Assembly: GCA_046327955.1 (NCBI GenBank)
Contig: JAXLXP010000007.1
Coordinates: forward strand, 193,136-257,135
Direction of reading: 5' to 3'
DNA: 64,000 bases
Source of the DNA: Candidatus Binatia bacterium
GTDB lineage: Bacteria; Desulfobacterota; Binatia; DP-6
The notes beneath the pieces were generated by a model. It ran no database searches. It had not been told where the DNA came from and saw only the letters and a program-made list of their open reading frames with translations. Below, in pieces: positions 1 to 11,656 of the stretch (the first letter of the stretch is position 1; each line of letters begins with the position of its first letter). Both the position numbers and the translations under genes were made by a program.

Positions 1-2033
1 AACCGTGCTTCATGATGAGCCCGCTCACGGTCGCGCAGTTCCTGAATCCGAGCGACCACGTGTTCGACCTGGTAGTCTTCGACGAGGCGAGCCAGCTCAC
101 GGCAGAGGACGCCGTCGGCGCGGTCGTCCGCGGGAAGCAGCTCGTCGTCGTCGGCGACCCGAAGCAGCTTCCCCCGACGAACTTCTTCGCCATGCAGTCC
201 GGCCAGGTGGAGCCGGAGCGCGACGAGAATGGCGACCCGCTGGTCGAGGACATGGAGAGCATCCTCGAGCAGTTCATGGCTGCCGGCCTGCCGACCGCGC
301 GCCTTCGGTGGCATTACAGGAGCCGCCACGAATCGCTCATCACGTTCTCGAACGTCAACTTCTACGACTCAGAGCTCAACACGTTCCCGAGCGCGGACAC
401 CGACACCCGCGAGCGCGGCCTCCAGTTCGTCTTCGTCGAGGACGGCGTCTACGGGGGTGCCGGGCTGAATCGCGCGGAAGCGCGGCGGGTGGCCGACGCC
501 GTCGTGGAGTTCGCACGCCGGCAGCTCGCCAAGCCCGACGAGCGGCAACGCCTGACGCTCGGCGTGGGGACGTTCAACCTGCGCCAGCAGATCGCCATTC
601 AAGACGAGATCGAGGGGCGGCGCCGGGAGGACCAGACCCTGGAGCCGTTCTTCGCCCCCCGCGACGAGGGAGGCTTCTTCGTCAAGAACCTCGAGAACAT
701 CCAGGGCGACGACCGCGACGTCATCTTGCTCAGCGTGACGTATGCCCGCGGCCTCGACGGGAAGATGCGGCACAACTTCGGCCCGATTAACGGCGAGAAC
801 GGCTGGCGCCGGATGAACGTGCTAACCACGCGGTCCCGGCTGCGGATGCAGGTGTTCTCGTCGATCCATGCCGACGACATCGACCTGACGAAGACCCAGG
901 CCGCGGGCGCGAAGTACCTGAAGGACTTCTTGGCCTTCGCCGAGCGCGGGCAGCTCGTCGGCGAGACGATCACCGCGGGGGCGAAGACGGAGTCCCCGTT
1001 CGAGTACGGGCTGCTTCAGGAATTGACGCGGCTCGGCTTCGACGTCGTCCCCCAGGTCGGCGTTGCCGGCTACCGGATCGATCTAGGTATCCGGGACAAG
1101 GAGGTCCCCGGGCGCTTCGTCTGCGGCGTGGAGTGCGACGGCGCGGCGTACCACTCGGCCGAGTCGGCGCGCGACCGCGATCGGCTGCGACAGGAGGTGC
1201 TCGAGGGGCTCGGCTGGACGCTCCACCGGGTGTGGTCGACCGACTGGTTCAAGGACCGCGAGGGAACCGTCAAGCGGCTTGCGGAAAAGCTTCGGGCTTC
1301 GCAGCGGCTTGCGCGCGAGCCGAAAGCTGCCCCCCCACAGCAGGATGCTCGTCTCTCGACGCTGCAGCCCGGCGCCGAGTCGATTCTAGTACCGAGGACG
1401 GAGCCACAGTTTTCGAGTGCCGTCGCTCGGCAGCCTACCGCGGACGCGTACGAGATCTGCTCGCTCGGCAGATCGGGCAATGGAGCAGGTGTCCTCGGCA
1501 CGTCACCCGATGTCCTCGTCACCGCGATCAAGGAGGTCGCTCGGGTCGAATCTCCAGTCCACGTGAACGACGTCATGGTGCGCGTTGCGACCGCGTTTGG
1601 CGATCAGAAGGTCGGCTCCCGCATCGCCCGCGCTCTCGACTCGGCGCTCGCCCTCGCGGAACAGCGCGGCCTAATCGTGCGCCGCAAGGGATTCGTCTGG
1701 CTGCCCGACGGCGAGGCGCGGCCGCGGTCACGGTCTGGAACGGGCATCCCTGCCGAACGAATCGCGCCCGAAGAGTACGAGGCCGCGGTGCTGACGGTGC
1801 TTCGGCCCGGGGCACGGCCGCGGAAGGACCTCGTCGCCGCGACCCGCACCCTGCTCGGGTTCAACCGCACGGGCTCGAAGCTCGAGGAACGCATCGAAGA
1901 CGCAATCGATTACCTGATCCGAGAAGGCAGCCTTGGGGAAGGCAGCGCGGGGCTAGCGATCATCGACGGGGCACGTCCCCTGACCGAGAATGATGCTGCG
2001 CCACGCAGCACGGTCGTGGGTGGTGGGCGTTAG
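1..2033 (+). CDS. SF1 (DNA2/NAM7-type) helicase C-terminal region fused to DUF3320 and a Vsr/DUF559 endonuclease-like domain; 5'-truncated by the window edge (Hhe-like candidate defence protein)
   Basis: ORF 12..2033 is open back to the window start. Helicase motif VVVGDPKQLPP is present, and the C-terminal block GVECDGAAYH...RDRDRLRQEVLEGLGWTLHRVWSTDWF is a DUF559/Vsr-like fold. Stop TAG at 2031-2033. Confidence 0.7.
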   Translation, partial: PCFMMSPLTVAQFLNPSDHVFDLVVFDEASQLTAEDAVGAVVRGKQLVVVGDPKQLPPTNFFAMQSGQVEPERDENGDPLVEDMESILEQFMAAGLPTARLRWHYRSRHESLITFSNVNFYDSELNTFPSADTDTRERGLQFVFVEDGVYGGAGLNRAEARRVADAVVEFARRQLAKPDERQRLTLGVGTFNLRQQIAIQDEIEGRRREDQTLEPFFAPRDEGGFFVKNLENIQGDDRDVILLSVTYARGLDGKMRHNFGPINGENGWRRMNVLTTRSRLRMQVFSSIHADDIDLTKTQAAGAKYLKDFLAFAERGQLVGETITAGAKTESPFEYGLLQELTRLGFDVVPQVGVAGYRIDLGIRDKEVPGRFVCGVECDGAAYHSAESARDRDRLRQEVLEGLGWTLHRVWSTDWFKDREGTVKRLAEKLRASQRLAREPKAAPPQQDARLSTLQPGAESILVPRTEPQFSSAVARQPTADAYEICSLGRSGNGAGVLGTSPDVLVTAIKEVARVESPVHVNDVMVRVATAFGDQKVGSRIARALDSALALAEQRGLIVRRKGFVWLPDGEARPRSRSGTGIPAERIAPEEYEAAVLTVLRPGARPRKDLVAATRTLLGFNRTGSKLEERIEDAIDYLIREGSLGEGSAGLAIIDGARPLTENDAAPRSTVVGGGR

Positions 2034-2210
2034 AGATCCGCGTACGGGGCGAGAACGGAGTCGTCGGTGATCACCTTCCGCCTGCCGACCAACCGCACGA
2101 CGTCCAATGCCAGCGTCAGCGCGATGTGAACCTCCCCCGATTTCGTGGACACCCGAACTCGCATGGAAGTGCGCTAGGAGAGCGTCATGGGAATGCGGAC
2201 GCGGAGGACG

Positions 2211-3143
2211 CTACGGCAGCTTCACCATGCCGAACTCCGAGACCCCCTCGGAGGGCGTTCCAACATTGAGCACACCCCCGCTGTTCTGAACCGCGTAGAG
2301 TTCCACGAAATCACCCTGGCCAAGCTGGGCATGGGTGGAGATGCTGATCGCTGTTCGACTCAGTGTCGTTTGCGCGATCGAAGCTGCCGGCACGTTGACA
2401 CGCGCGAGCACGTCGGCATCGACCTGATTCTCCCTGATGAACACGGTGCGGTTTCCCGTGGCATTGGCATCGAAAATGACTTCGCCGAATATCAGGTACT
2501 TTCCCGCGGTCCGCGCGGTGAGTCGAGTCGGGTTCACAGCATCGTGGATGTTATCGGTGTCCCAGCGCTCCGAGTCGAACGCCAGGGCAACCACCGCATC
2601 GCTTGCAATCGACGTCGTCGTTGAGTTGAAGACGCGCGCGCTGGCGTCCGCCGAGGTTCTGCAGGTCTCGCACGTCTCTGAGTGATTCGACTCCCGCGAG
2701 AACGCCACGCTCTGTAGACGCCGCCGTGCCGTGGGGTTACCCGTGGCCGCGAAGTCACAGCCCAGCGTGGTGCTGCCAACCATGACCTCGAGCCAGGCCT
2801 GCCCGTTCGCGGGGAGGAGGACTGGCGACCCATCGCTCCCGATCGTGGCGTTGATCCGCACCGCCTTGCGCGGCGTGACCGAGTCGTACTTGTCGGTGTA
2901 CCGCTTGGCGACGGCCAGGCTCCCCATCGGCACCACGTAGTCGGAGCCGAGCTGGCCCCCGCCCGTCGCGGCGGACCAGAGCCTAAACGCCACGTTGCTC
3001 TGCCCGGCGGCGGCGCTGCGGAAGCTCGGTGTGCCGGTCCGTTGCACGTCACACGTCACGTCGATCCCACCGGGGGACGTTGCGGACCCGGTTGAGGCCA
3101 TGACCAGCAGCCCGAGGATCACAGACAGGAAACGATCTCGCAT
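2211..3143 (-). CDS. hypothetical secreted protein (signal peptide MRDRFLSVILGLLVMASTGSA)
   Basis: Long ORF with an internal ATG at 3143 preceded by GGAGG. The N-terminus is a hydrophobic signal peptide; no recognisable domain. Confidence 0.5.
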   Translation of the reverse strand: MRDRFLSVILGLLVMASTGSATSPGGIDVTCDVQRTGTPSFRSAAAGQSNVAFRLWSAATGGGQLGSDYVVPMGSLAVAKRYTDKYDSVTPRKAVRINATIGSDGSPVLLPANGQAWLEVMVGSTTLGCDFAATGNPTARRRLQSVAFSRESNHSETCETCRTSADASARVFNSTTTSIASDAVVALAFDSERWDTDNIHDAVNPTRLTARTAGKYLIFGEVIFDANATGNRTVFIRENQVDADVLARVNVPAASIAQTTLSRTAISISTHAQLGQGDFVELYAVQNSGGVLNVGTPSEGVSEFGMVKLP

Positions 3144-3212
3144 GGTAACCTCCCTGCGCAGCGTTAGACGGGGCAAACGCTAACACGAGGCCGATAGAGG
3201 GTTCAAAATGCC

Positions 3213-3290
3213 GAATTGCCCTCAACCCCAACCAGCCGGCCCCCTGCGCGTCCACTCGACCGCTGCCCTTCCGTAACGACGCAGCCGCCA
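3213..3290. repeat. left arm of ~70-bp imperfect inverted repeat (partner at 3560-3632)
   Basis: gaattgccctcaaccccaaccagccggccccctgcgcgtccactcgaccgctgcc... is about 95% identical to the reverse complement of 3560-3632. Confidence 0.6.
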
Positions 3291-3388
3291 TCGAGGACCC
3301 CGCCGTCATCCGGAAGATTCTCACCCATCTCGGGCTCTCGACCGCGGCGTCGACGCCCCGACCACTGCTGTCCAGCTTGTTCGGCTAA
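3270..3388 (+). pseudogene. transposase C-terminal remnant (motif EDPAVIRKILTHLGL resembles the C-terminus of IS91/ISCR-type transposases)
   Basis: Translation ...EDPAVIRKILTHLGLSTAASTPRPLLSSLFG* ends at TAA 3386-3388. There is no upstream catalytic region. It lies between the inverted repeat arms. Confidence 0.3.
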
Positions 3389-3559
3389 AGCTGAGTCCGC
3401 CCGGCGCTGTCGCGCTTCCCGCGCTCACGCCCGGACTGTGTCCGCCCGGCCGTGTCTGCCGCCTGCCCCACTGCCAGGTCGGCCCCTCGGCAACTGGCCC
3501 AGCGCCACCGAGTGCACCGGGAGCCCGCTCTAGGACCCCGGCCCACCGATTGTGCCCTC

Positions 3560-3632
3560 AGTCGCTACGGAACGGCAGCGGTCGAGTGGACGCGCAGGGG
3601 GCCGGCTGGTCGGGGTTGAGGGCAATTCGCCC
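3560..3632. repeat. right arm of ~70-bp inverted repeat (partner 3213-3290), abutting tRNA-Ala
   Basis: Reverse complement matches 3213-3290 with few mismatches. Confidence 0.6.
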
Positions 3633-3669
3633 TCTTGGATCCCCTATCGGCAACCGTGCGGAAGATCAG

Positions 3670-4707
<1,038 letters not shown>

Positions 4708-4763
4708 GCGAACCTCCTCGCTGGATTCGGGCCTCATCCCGCTACTGAAATCACCCCACGAGG

Positions 4764-6461
4764 TCAAGCCGAGGCCGCGACTTTTCCGCCTTTTCCCGCC
4801 GCCTGACGGAGCATCTGCTCCGCGTGGTCCTGCGCCTCGCGCGTGATCCGCGCGCCCCCCAGCATGCGCGCCAGCTCGGCGACGCGCTCGGTCGTGCCGA
4901 GCGGGCGCGCCGTCGACACCGTGCGCCCGTCCACCACCCGCTTGACGACGCCGATGTGATGCTCCCCGAACGCCGCGATGATCGGCAGGTGCGTCACGCA
5001 GAGCACCTGGCGCTTGCGGCCGAGGTGGCGCAGCTTCTTCGCAACCACCTCGGCGACCGCCCCGCCGATGCCGGCGTCGACCTCGTCGAAGATGAGCGTC
5101 GCCTCGCGATCCTCGGCCGCCGCCAGGCTCTTCAGCGCGAGCATGATCCGCGAGAGCTCGCCGCCCGAGGCCACTTTCGTGAGCGGTCGCAGATCCTCGC
5201 CGGGGTTGGCCGACAGAAAGAACTCGACCTCGTCGAAGCCGTCGGGCCCGAGTGCCTTTCCCTCGGCCTCGCCGAAGCGCACCGCGAAGCGCGCACCCTC
5301 GAGCGCGAGGGAGCGGAGCTCCGTCGCGAGCGACCGCTCGAGCTGGTGCGCCACCCGCCGCCGCTCGACCGAAAGCTTGCGCGCCCACTCGACCGCGCGC
5401 CGCTCCGCCGCGGCGGCGTCTGCCTCCAGCACCTCGACCGCCGTGAGCTGGCCCGGGCCTCCGGCCAGCTCGTGCACGAGATCCTGGCGACGCCGGACCA
5501 GCTCCTCGACCGTGCCTCCGTACTTGCGCTTGAGCCGCCCGAGCTCGGCGAGTCGCGCCTCGATGGTGTCGAGCCGATCGGGATCCGGGTTGATCGTGCC
5601 CGCGTAGCGCACGAGCGCCGCCGCCGTTTCCTGCACCTCCGCCAGCGCCTGTTCGAGCATGCCGCGCGTCGCGCCGAGCGCGGCGTCGAGACGCTCGGCC
5701 TCGCGCAGCGCGGCAACGGCGCGGCTGAGCGCGTCCACCACCGCCTGCTCGCCCGAATAGAGCCCTGCCTCCACGCCGGTCACCAGGCTGGCGAGCTTCT
5801 CGGCCCCCATGAGCCGGCGGCGCTCGGTCGCGAGCTGGTCCTCTTCGCCCGCGGACAGCTGCGCGCGCTCGAGCTCCTGGAGCTGGAACTGGAGCAGCTC
5901 CGTCCGCTCGGCCGCCGCGGACGCCTCCGCCCGCGCGTCGGCGAGCGCCTGACGCGCGGCGGCCATGCGCGAGTGGCGCTCGCGCATCTCGAGCACGGTC
6001 GTGCCGAGCCCGCCGATGGCGTCGAGCAGCTCGCGGTGGCTCTCCACCCGGCGCAGCGCCTGGTGCTCGTCCTGGCCGTAGACATGGAGCACGTGGGGAG
6101 CGAGGTCGTGCAGGAGCGCCACCGAGCCCATCGCGCCGTTGACGTGAGCGCGCGTCCGGCCGCTGCGGCTCACGACGCGCCGGATGATCAACTCGTCGCG
6201 CGCGTCATCGACCCCGTAGGCCTTCAGCACGGTGCCGACCCCGGGCGCGAGGTCGGTGAACAGGGCCTCGACCACCGCCTCGTCGGCGCCGCCGCGCACG
6301 AGGTCGGCGTCGGCGCGGCCGCCGAGAGCCACGTCGAGAGCATGGAGCAGGATCGACTTGCCCGCGCCCGTCTCGCCCGTGAGGGCGTTCAACCCGGGCT
6401 CGAACACGAGCTCGAGCTCCTCGATGATCGCCAGGTCCGTCACGCGCAACGTTCTCAGCAT
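4764..6461 (-). CDS. recN: DNA repair protein RecN
   Basis: MLRTLRVTDLAIIEELELVFEPGLNALTGETGAGKSILLHALDVALG..., length ~565 aa, Walker A plus coiled-coil, SMC-like C-terminus. Confidence 0.9.
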   Translation of the reverse strand: MLRTLRVTDLAIIEELELVFEPGLNALTGETGAGKSILLHALDVALGGRADADLVRGGADEAVVEALFTDLAPGVGTVLKAYGVDDARDELIIRRVVSRSGRTRAHVNGAMGSVALLHDLAPHVLHVYGQDEHQALRRVESHRELLDAIGGLGTTVLEMRERHSRMAAARQALADARAEASAAAERTELLQFQLQELERAQLSAGEEDQLATERRRLMGAEKLASLVTGVEAGLYSGEQAVVDALSRAVAALREAERLDAALGATRGMLEQALAEVQETAAALVRYAGTINPDPDRLDTIEARLAELGRLKRKYGGTVEELVRRRQDLVHELAGGPGQLTAVEVLEADAAAAERRAVEWARKLSVERRRVAHQLERSLATELRSLALEGARFAVRFGEAEGKALGPDGFDEVEFFLSANPGEDLRPLTKVASGGELSRIMLALKSLAAAEDREATLIFDEVDAGIGGAVAEVVAKKLRHLGRKRQVLCVTHLPIIAAFGEHHIGVVKRVVDGRTVSTARPLGTTERVAELARMLGGARITREAQDHAEQMLRQAAGKGGKVAASA

Positions 6462-6471
6462 GGCCACCCGC

Positions 6472-7326
6472 CTAACGCGCTCCCCACCCGAGCTTGGAGC
6501 GCAGGACGTCGTAGTAGGTCCGGTCGGGCGACCGGACGAGAGAGACCGGGGATCGCCCCCGCCGCACGACCACCACGTCGCCCCCGGCGAGCGGCAGTCC
6601 CTCCTGCCCGTCGATGGTGAGCACCGCGTCCTCGTGCCCCTGCGCGACCTGCAGCCGCATCACCCCGTCGGGCCGCAGGCACACCGGTCGGTTGCTCAGG
6701 GTATGGGGAGAGATCGGGCAGAGAAGGAGCGACTGCACCGTCGGCTCGACGATCGGTCCGCCCGCCGAGAGCGAGTATGCGGTCGAGCCCGTGGGCGTGG
6801 CGACGATCACGCCGTCGGCCCGATAGGTGGCGAGCGGTAGGTCGTCGACCGTCACGATGATGGTAATGACGCGCGCCCGGGCACCGTTCGAGACGACGGC
6901 GTCGTTGAGCGCGCGAAAGCGGTGGACGACACGCCCGCCGCGCACGAGCTCGCCGGCGAGCGTCATGCGATGGTCGAGCTCGAAGTGGCCCGCCAGCACG
7001 CGCGAGAGCATCGGCATGGCCTCGGCCTCGGTGACCTCAGTGAGGAAGCCGAGCTGCCCCATGTTGACGCCCAGGATCGGCACGCGGGCACCGGTCCAGC
7101 GCGCCACCGAGAGCAGCGTGCCATCCCCACCGAGAACCACGATGAGGTCGGCCTCGCGGGCGAGCGCCCTCTTCGAGCGCGCCGGCGGACCGGAGAGTCC
7201 AGCCTCGGTGTCGACGAGAATCGTGCAGCCACGCCGACGGAGGTAGCGGACGACGCGCTCGGCCAATCGGACCGCACGCGGCCGGTCCCGCTTCACCACC
7301 AGTCCGACCGTGCGGATGCCCCCCAT
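6472..7326 (-). CDS. nadK: NAD kinase
   Basis: GGDGTLL motif and NGARARVI...DGVIVATPTGSTAYSLSAGGPIV. Conserved nadK-recN arrangement. Confidence 0.9.
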   Translation of the reverse strand: MGGIRTVGLVVKRDRPRAVRLAERVVRYLRRRGCTILVDTEAGLSGPPARSKRALAREADLIVVLGGDGTLLSVARWTGARVPILGVNMGQLGFLTEVTEAEAMPMLSRVLAGHFELDHRMTLAGELVRGGRVVHRFRALNDAVVSNGARARVITIIVTVDDLPLATYRADGVIVATPTGSTAYSLSAGGPIVEPTVQSLLLCPISPHTLSNRPVCLRPDGVMRLQVAQGHEDAVLTIDGQEGLPLAGGDVVVVRRGRSPVSLVRSPDRTYYDVLRSKLGWGAR

Positions 7327-7370
7327 CAGCCTCCCCGCCGCGGCCCTGTGCTACCACGCACCAGCGCCCT

Positions 7371-8768
7371 ATGCCAGGGCGAACACCCGTGCTAGAGCCC
7401 AAAAACGTGCCGCGGCAGCCCGAGCTCTTCCCTTCCACGCCCGCACCGTCCACGGTTCGCGACACCGCCCGCGCGCGGGCACCCCTGGCCGAGCGGATGC
7501 GCCCGCGTACGCTCGCCGAGTTCGTCGGGCAGCACCACCTCCTCGGCCCCGGCCGCCTGGTCCGCGACCTCCTCGACGGCAGCCAGCTCGAGTCGCTCAT
7601 CCTCTGGGGCCCGCCGGGAAGCGGCAAGACCACCCTCGCACACCTCCTGGCCGAGGCGAGCGGCGCTCATGCGGTCACGTTCTCGGCGGTGCTGCAGGGA
7701 GTGAAGGACCTCCGGCAGGTGATCGACGACGCCCGCGTGCGCCTCGAGGGGACGGGTCAGGCGACTGTTCTCTTCGTCGACGAGATCCACCGCTTCAACA
7801 AGGCCCAGCAGGACGCCTTCCTTCCCCACGTCGAGGCCGGCACGGTGACGCTCATCGGCGCCACCACCGAGAACCCGTCGTTCGAGGTGATCGGCCCGCT
7901 GCTCTCGCGGGCGCGCGTGCTGGTACTCGAGCCGCTCGGTCCCGAGGACGTCGGCACCCTCGTCGACCGGGCACTGGCCGACCGCGCGCGCGGGCTCGGC
8001 GACCTCGGTCTCGCCATGACGCCGGAGGCTCGCACCTTCCTCGTCGACCACGCCCAGGGCGATGCCCGCGTCGCCCTCGGGGCGCTCGAACGCGCCGCCC
8101 GCATCGCGCAGGCCCGGCACACGCCGCGCATCGACCTGGCGATCGCCGAGGAGGCCGCGCAGCGGCGGGCGCTGCGCTACGACAAGACGGGCGAGGAGCA
8201 CTACAACGTCATCTCCGCGTTCATCAAGAGCCTGCGTGGCAGCGACCCCGACGCAGCGATGTACTGGATGCTGCGCATGCTCGACGCGGGCGAGGACCCG
8301 CTCTTCGTGGCACGCCGCATGGTCATCTTCGCCGCCGAGGACGTCGGCAACGCCGAGCCCCAGGCCCTGCAGATCGCGCTCGCCGCCAAGGACGCCGTGC
8401 ATTTCGTCGGCATGCCGGAGGGCCGTATCCCGCTCGCGCAAGCGGTGACCTTCCTCGCGACCTGCCCGAAGTCGAACGCGTCGTACCGCGCCATGCTCGC
8501 CGCGAACGACGACGTGAGCGCGGAGGGGACGCTCGCCGTCCCGCTCCACCTGCGCAATGCGCCCACCACCCTCATGAAGGGGCTCGGATACGGCGCCGGC
8601 TACCAGTACCCCCACGACCACGAGAACGGATTCGTCGCGCAGCAGTACCTCCCGGACGCCCTCGCCGAACGGCGCTACTACGCGCCGACCGACCAGGGGC
8701 ACGAACGGGAGATCGCCGACCGGCTGCGGGCGTGGCGCGCCAAGCGCGGCACCCGCGAGCGGCGGTAG
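7371..8768 (+). CDS. rarA: replication-associated recombination protein A (AAA ATPase RarA/MgsA)
   Basis: [22 protein letters not shown]...[14 protein letters not shown]...[16 protein letters not shown]. Exact start uncertain (ATG 7371 lacks an SD). Confidence 0.85.
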   Translation: MPGRTPVLEPKNVPRQPELFPSTPAPSTVRDTARARAPLAERMRPRTLAEFVGQHHLLGPGRLVRDLLDGSQLESLILWGPPGSGKTTLAHLLAEASGAHAVTFSAVLQGVKDLRQVIDDARVRLEGTGQATVLFVDEIHRFNKAQQDAFLPHVEAGTVTLIGATTENPSFEVIGPLLSRARVLVLEPLGPEDVGTLVDRALADRARGLGDLGLAMTPEARTFLVDHAQGDARVALGALERAARIAQARHTPRIDLAIAEEAAQRRALRYDKTGEEHYNVISAFIKSLRGSDPDAAMYWMLRMLDAGEDPLFVARRMVIFAAEDVGNAEPQALQIALAAKDAVHFVGMPEGRIPLAQAVTFLATCPKSNASYRAMLAANDDVSAEGTLAVPLHLRNAPTTLMKGLGYGAGYQYPHDHENGFVAQQYLPDALAERRYYAPTDQGHEREIADRLRAWRAKRGTRERR

Positions 8769-8776
8769 CTCCGCAC

Positions 8777-9514
8777 TCAGTACCGTACGGTGACCAGGAC
8801 GAGCCCGTGCGGCGGTGCCGTGGCGCCAGCGGCAGTCCGATCCCGCCCGGCGAGCACCGCCGCCATCGACGCGGCCGGACGCACGCCCAGCCCGATCTCG
8901 ACGAGCGTGCCGACGATGTTGCGCACCATGTGCTTGAGGAACGCGGTCGCCTCGATGCGATAGGTGACGAGCGGCGCCTCGACCGTGAGCCGACTCTCGA
9001 ACACCCGCCGCACGGTCGTCCGCGCCGGCGCGGGGTCGGCGCCCTCGAACGCCGCGAAGTCGTGCTCACCCTCGAGCACCTGCGCCGCCGCGGCCATCGC
9101 GTCCAGCGCGAGCAGCCGCGGAAGGTGCCACGCGTAGCGCCGCCAGAACGGCGACGGCGCCGGCGCGTTCCAGATGCGATACTCGTACCGCCGGCTCTTG
9201 GCGTGGCGGCGCGGGTCGAACGCGTCGTCGACGACGTCGATGGACCGCACCGCGAGCTCGGGCGGCGTGAGCGCGTTCAAGCTCCGCTGGAGGCGGTCCA
9301 GGTCCTCCGGCACCCGCGAGACCGCGGCCGTCGCCACCTGGCCGCACGCGTGCACGCCGGCGTCGGTCCGCCCCGCGCCACGCACGCGCGTCGGCTCGCG
9401 CAGCGCCGTGGTGAGCGCCCGCTCGAGCGCGTCCTGCACCGCGAGCCCGTTCGGCTGCGCCTGCCAGCCGACGAAGGCGTGCCCCTCGTATTCGACGTGA
9501 AGGCGAAGCTGCAT
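8777..9514 (-). CDS. truA: tRNA pseudouridine(38-40) synthase TruA
   Basis: MQLRLHVEYEGHAFVGWQAQP...RTDAGVHA catalytic-Asp region. Start ATG 9514. Confidence 0.85.
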   Translation of the reverse strand: MQLRLHVEYEGHAFVGWQAQPNGLAVQDALERALTTALREPTRVRGAGRTDAGVHACGQVATAAVSRVPEDLDRLQRSLNALTPPELAVRSIDVVDDAFDPRRHAKSRRYEYRIWNAPAPSPFWRRYAWHLPRLLALDAMAAAAQVLEGEHDFAAFEGADPAPARTTVRRVFESRLTVEAPLVTYRIEATAFLKHMVRNIVGTLVEIGLGVRPAASMAAVLAGRDRTAAGATAPPHGLVLVTVRY

Positions 9515-9528
9515 GCGGGTGCGGCGTC

Positions 9529-10554
9529 CTACAGGTAGTCGTGGACGAGGATCTCCGCCACCTGCACGGCGGTCAGCGCCGCCCCTTTGCGCACGCTGTC
9601 GAGCGCGATCCACAGCGACAGCCCATGCTCGACGGTCGCGTCCGCCCGGATGCGACCGACGTGCATGGTGTCGGAGCCGGTGACCTCCGCCGGCGTCGGG
9701 AACGGACCGTCGGGCACGTCGTGCACCGTCACGCCACGCCCGGCGCGCAGGACGTCGGTGGCGGCTTCCACGTCGAGGCGCGTGTCGGTCTCGAGTACGA
9801 CGCTCATCGCCGAGCCGAAGAACATCGGCACGCGCACCGCGGTGACGTGGATCGGCAGGCCGGGGTGGTCGAGTACCCGGCGCGTCTCTTCGGCGACGTG
9901 CAGCTCGTGGACCGTGGCGCCGTCCGGGGCGAGCCCGCCCACCTGCGGCAGGCAGTTGAACGCGAGCGGACGTGAGAAGCGCGAACGCCGCTGGCCGCGC
10001 TGGTTGAGGAGGTCGATCGTCTCCTGCGAGAACGCGCGCAGCGCGCCCTGGCCCGCGCTCGCCACACCCTGGTACGTGGAGACGATCACGCGGCGCAGAC
10101 CCGCCGCCTCCAGGAGCGGCGCCAGCACGACCGTCAGGGCGATCGTCGTGGCACTGGGAATGGCGAGCATCCCCGACTCGCGGCGATCCGCGATCGCGGT
10201 CGGATTCACCTCCGGAACCACGAGCGGAACGGTCGGATCGAGGCGAAAGCGACTCGAACAGTCGATGACCGCCGCTCCCGCCGCGGCCGCCCGCGGCGCG
10301 TGCTCCGCGGCGAGACCGGGGCCGGCGGCGAAGAAGGCGACGTCGATCCCGTCGAACGACTCCGGGCCGAGCAGTGCGACCTTGCAGCTCCCGCCCTCGT
10401 CGTCCTCGACCTCCGCGCCCGCGCTGCGAATGGAGCCCAACGCCCGCAGGCTGCCGACCGTGAGCTGGCGCTCGCGCAGCAGTCCCGCGATCTCGCGGCC
10501 AACCAAACCCGTCGCCCCGACGATCGCAATCGCCAGCGTGCGGTCATTCTCCAC
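9529..10554 (-). CDS. asd: aspartate-semialdehyde dehydrogenase
   Basis: [15 protein letters not shown]... and catalytic-cysteine region NCLPQ. GTG start at 10554 overlaps the leuB 3' end. Confidence 0.85.
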   Translation of the reverse strand: MENDRTLAIAIVGATGLVGREIAGLLRERQLTVGSLRALGSIRSAGAEVEDDEGGSCKVALLGPESFDGIDVAFFAAGPGLAAEHAPRAAAAGAAVIDCSSRFRLDPTVPLVVPEVNPTAIADRRESGMLAIPSATTIALTVVLAPLLEAAGLRRVIVSTYQGVASAGQGALRAFSQETIDLLNQRGQRRSRFSRPLAFNCLPQVGGLAPDGATVHELHVAEETRRVLDHPGLPIHVTAVRVPMFFGSAMSVVLETDTRLDVEAATDVLRAGRGVTVHDVPDGPFPTPAEVTGSDTMHVGRIRADATVEHGLSLWIALDSVRKGAALTAVQVAEILVHDYL

Positions 10555-11656
10555 TCAGACCTCCAGTCGAGCGCGCACGGGCGCCCATCTCCCGGCAACC
10601 GACCGCCGGCGCACCCTTCTCCACGAGATCCGCCGTGCGTACGCCGTCGGCGAGGACGCCCGCAACGGCGCGCTCGACCGCCTCGGCGACCGCCGGAGCC
10701 CCGAGCGAGTAGCGACAGAGCATCGCCGCCGAGAGGATGGCGGCGAGTGGATTTGCCCGATCCTGGCCGGCGATGTCGGGCGCCGAACCGTGGATCGGCT
10801 CGTAGAGGCCACGGCACCGCTCACCCGGAACGGGCGCACCGGCGAGCGACGCGGACGGCAGCAGGCCCATCGAGCCGGCCAGCATCGACGCCTCGTCCGT
10901 GAGGATGTCGCCGAAGAGGTTCTCGGTCGCGATCACGTCGAAGTCGCGCGGGCGGCGGATGAGGTGCATCGCCATCGCATCGACCAGCACGTGCTCGCAC
11001 GTGACATCGGGATACTCGCGCGCGATCTCGGTGGCGACCTCGCGCCACAGCCGCGACGTCGACAGCACGTTGGCCTTGTCGACGGAGGTGAGCTTCTTCC
11101 GCCGCTGCCGCGCGAGCGCGAAGGACGCGTGCAGGAGCCGCGCGATCTCCTGCTCCGTGTAGACGCAGGTGTCGACCGCCTCGCGGCCGGCGGGTCCCAG
11201 CCGACGCGCGCTCGGCTGGCCGAAGTAGATGCCGCCGACCAGCTCGCGCACGACGACGAGGTCGACGCCCTCGAGGACCTCGCGGCGGAGCGCCGAGCCG
11301 GAGATCAGCTCGGGAACCGTCCAGACCGGACGCAGGTTCGCGTACACCCCGAGCCCCCTGCGCAACCCGAGCAGGCCCTGCTCGGGCCGCACCGCCGCCT
11401 TCGGGTCGTCCCACTTCGGCCCACCGACCGCGCCCAGCAGGACCGCGTCCGCCCGCCGCGCGCGCTCGAGCTCGGCCGGTGGGAGCGCGACGCCCGTGGC
11501 GTCGATGGCTCCGCCGCCGATGAGCCCCTCCTCGAGGTGGATCGCGAGGCCGTGCCGTGGAGCAACCATCTCGAGGACGGCGACGGCCTCGGCCGTGACC
11601 TCCGGTCCGATCCCGTCCCCGGGGAAGACCACGATGGTCGCCCTGGTCCCGCTCAT
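10544..11656 (-). CDS. leuB: 3-isopropylmalate dehydrogenase
   Basis: [20 protein letters not shown]...[26 protein letters not shown]. The ATG overlaps the leuA stop (ATGA). Confidence 0.9.
   Translation of the reverse strand: MSGTRATIVVFPGDGIGPEVTAEAVAVLEMVAPRHGLAIHLEEGLIGGGAIDATGVALPPAELERARRADAVLLGAVGGPKWDDPKAAVRPEQGLLGLRRGLGVYANLRPVWTVPELISGSALRREVLEGVDLVVVRELVGGIYFGQPSARRLGPAGREAVDTCVYTEQEIARLLHASFALARQRRKKLTSVDKANVLSTSRLWREVATEIAREYPDVTCEHVLVDAMAMHLIRRPRDFDVIATENLFGDILTDEASMLAGSMGLLPSASLAGAPVPGERCRGLYEPIHGSAPDIAGQDRANPLAAILSAAMLCRYSLGAPAVAEAVERAVAGVLADGVRTADLVEKGAPAVGCREMGARARSTGGLSGE

Noticed and set aside
5-790. Many long Arg/Pro/Gly-rich ORFs antisense to, or out of frame with, identified genes. 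Examples: 5..790, 4824..6620, 7310..9538, 9587..11902, 10821..11669, 14360..16012, 29072..32530, 49232..52738.
   Set aside because: They have no homology signal and overlap well-supported genes. They are typical of the open alternate frames produced by a 70% GC codon bias.
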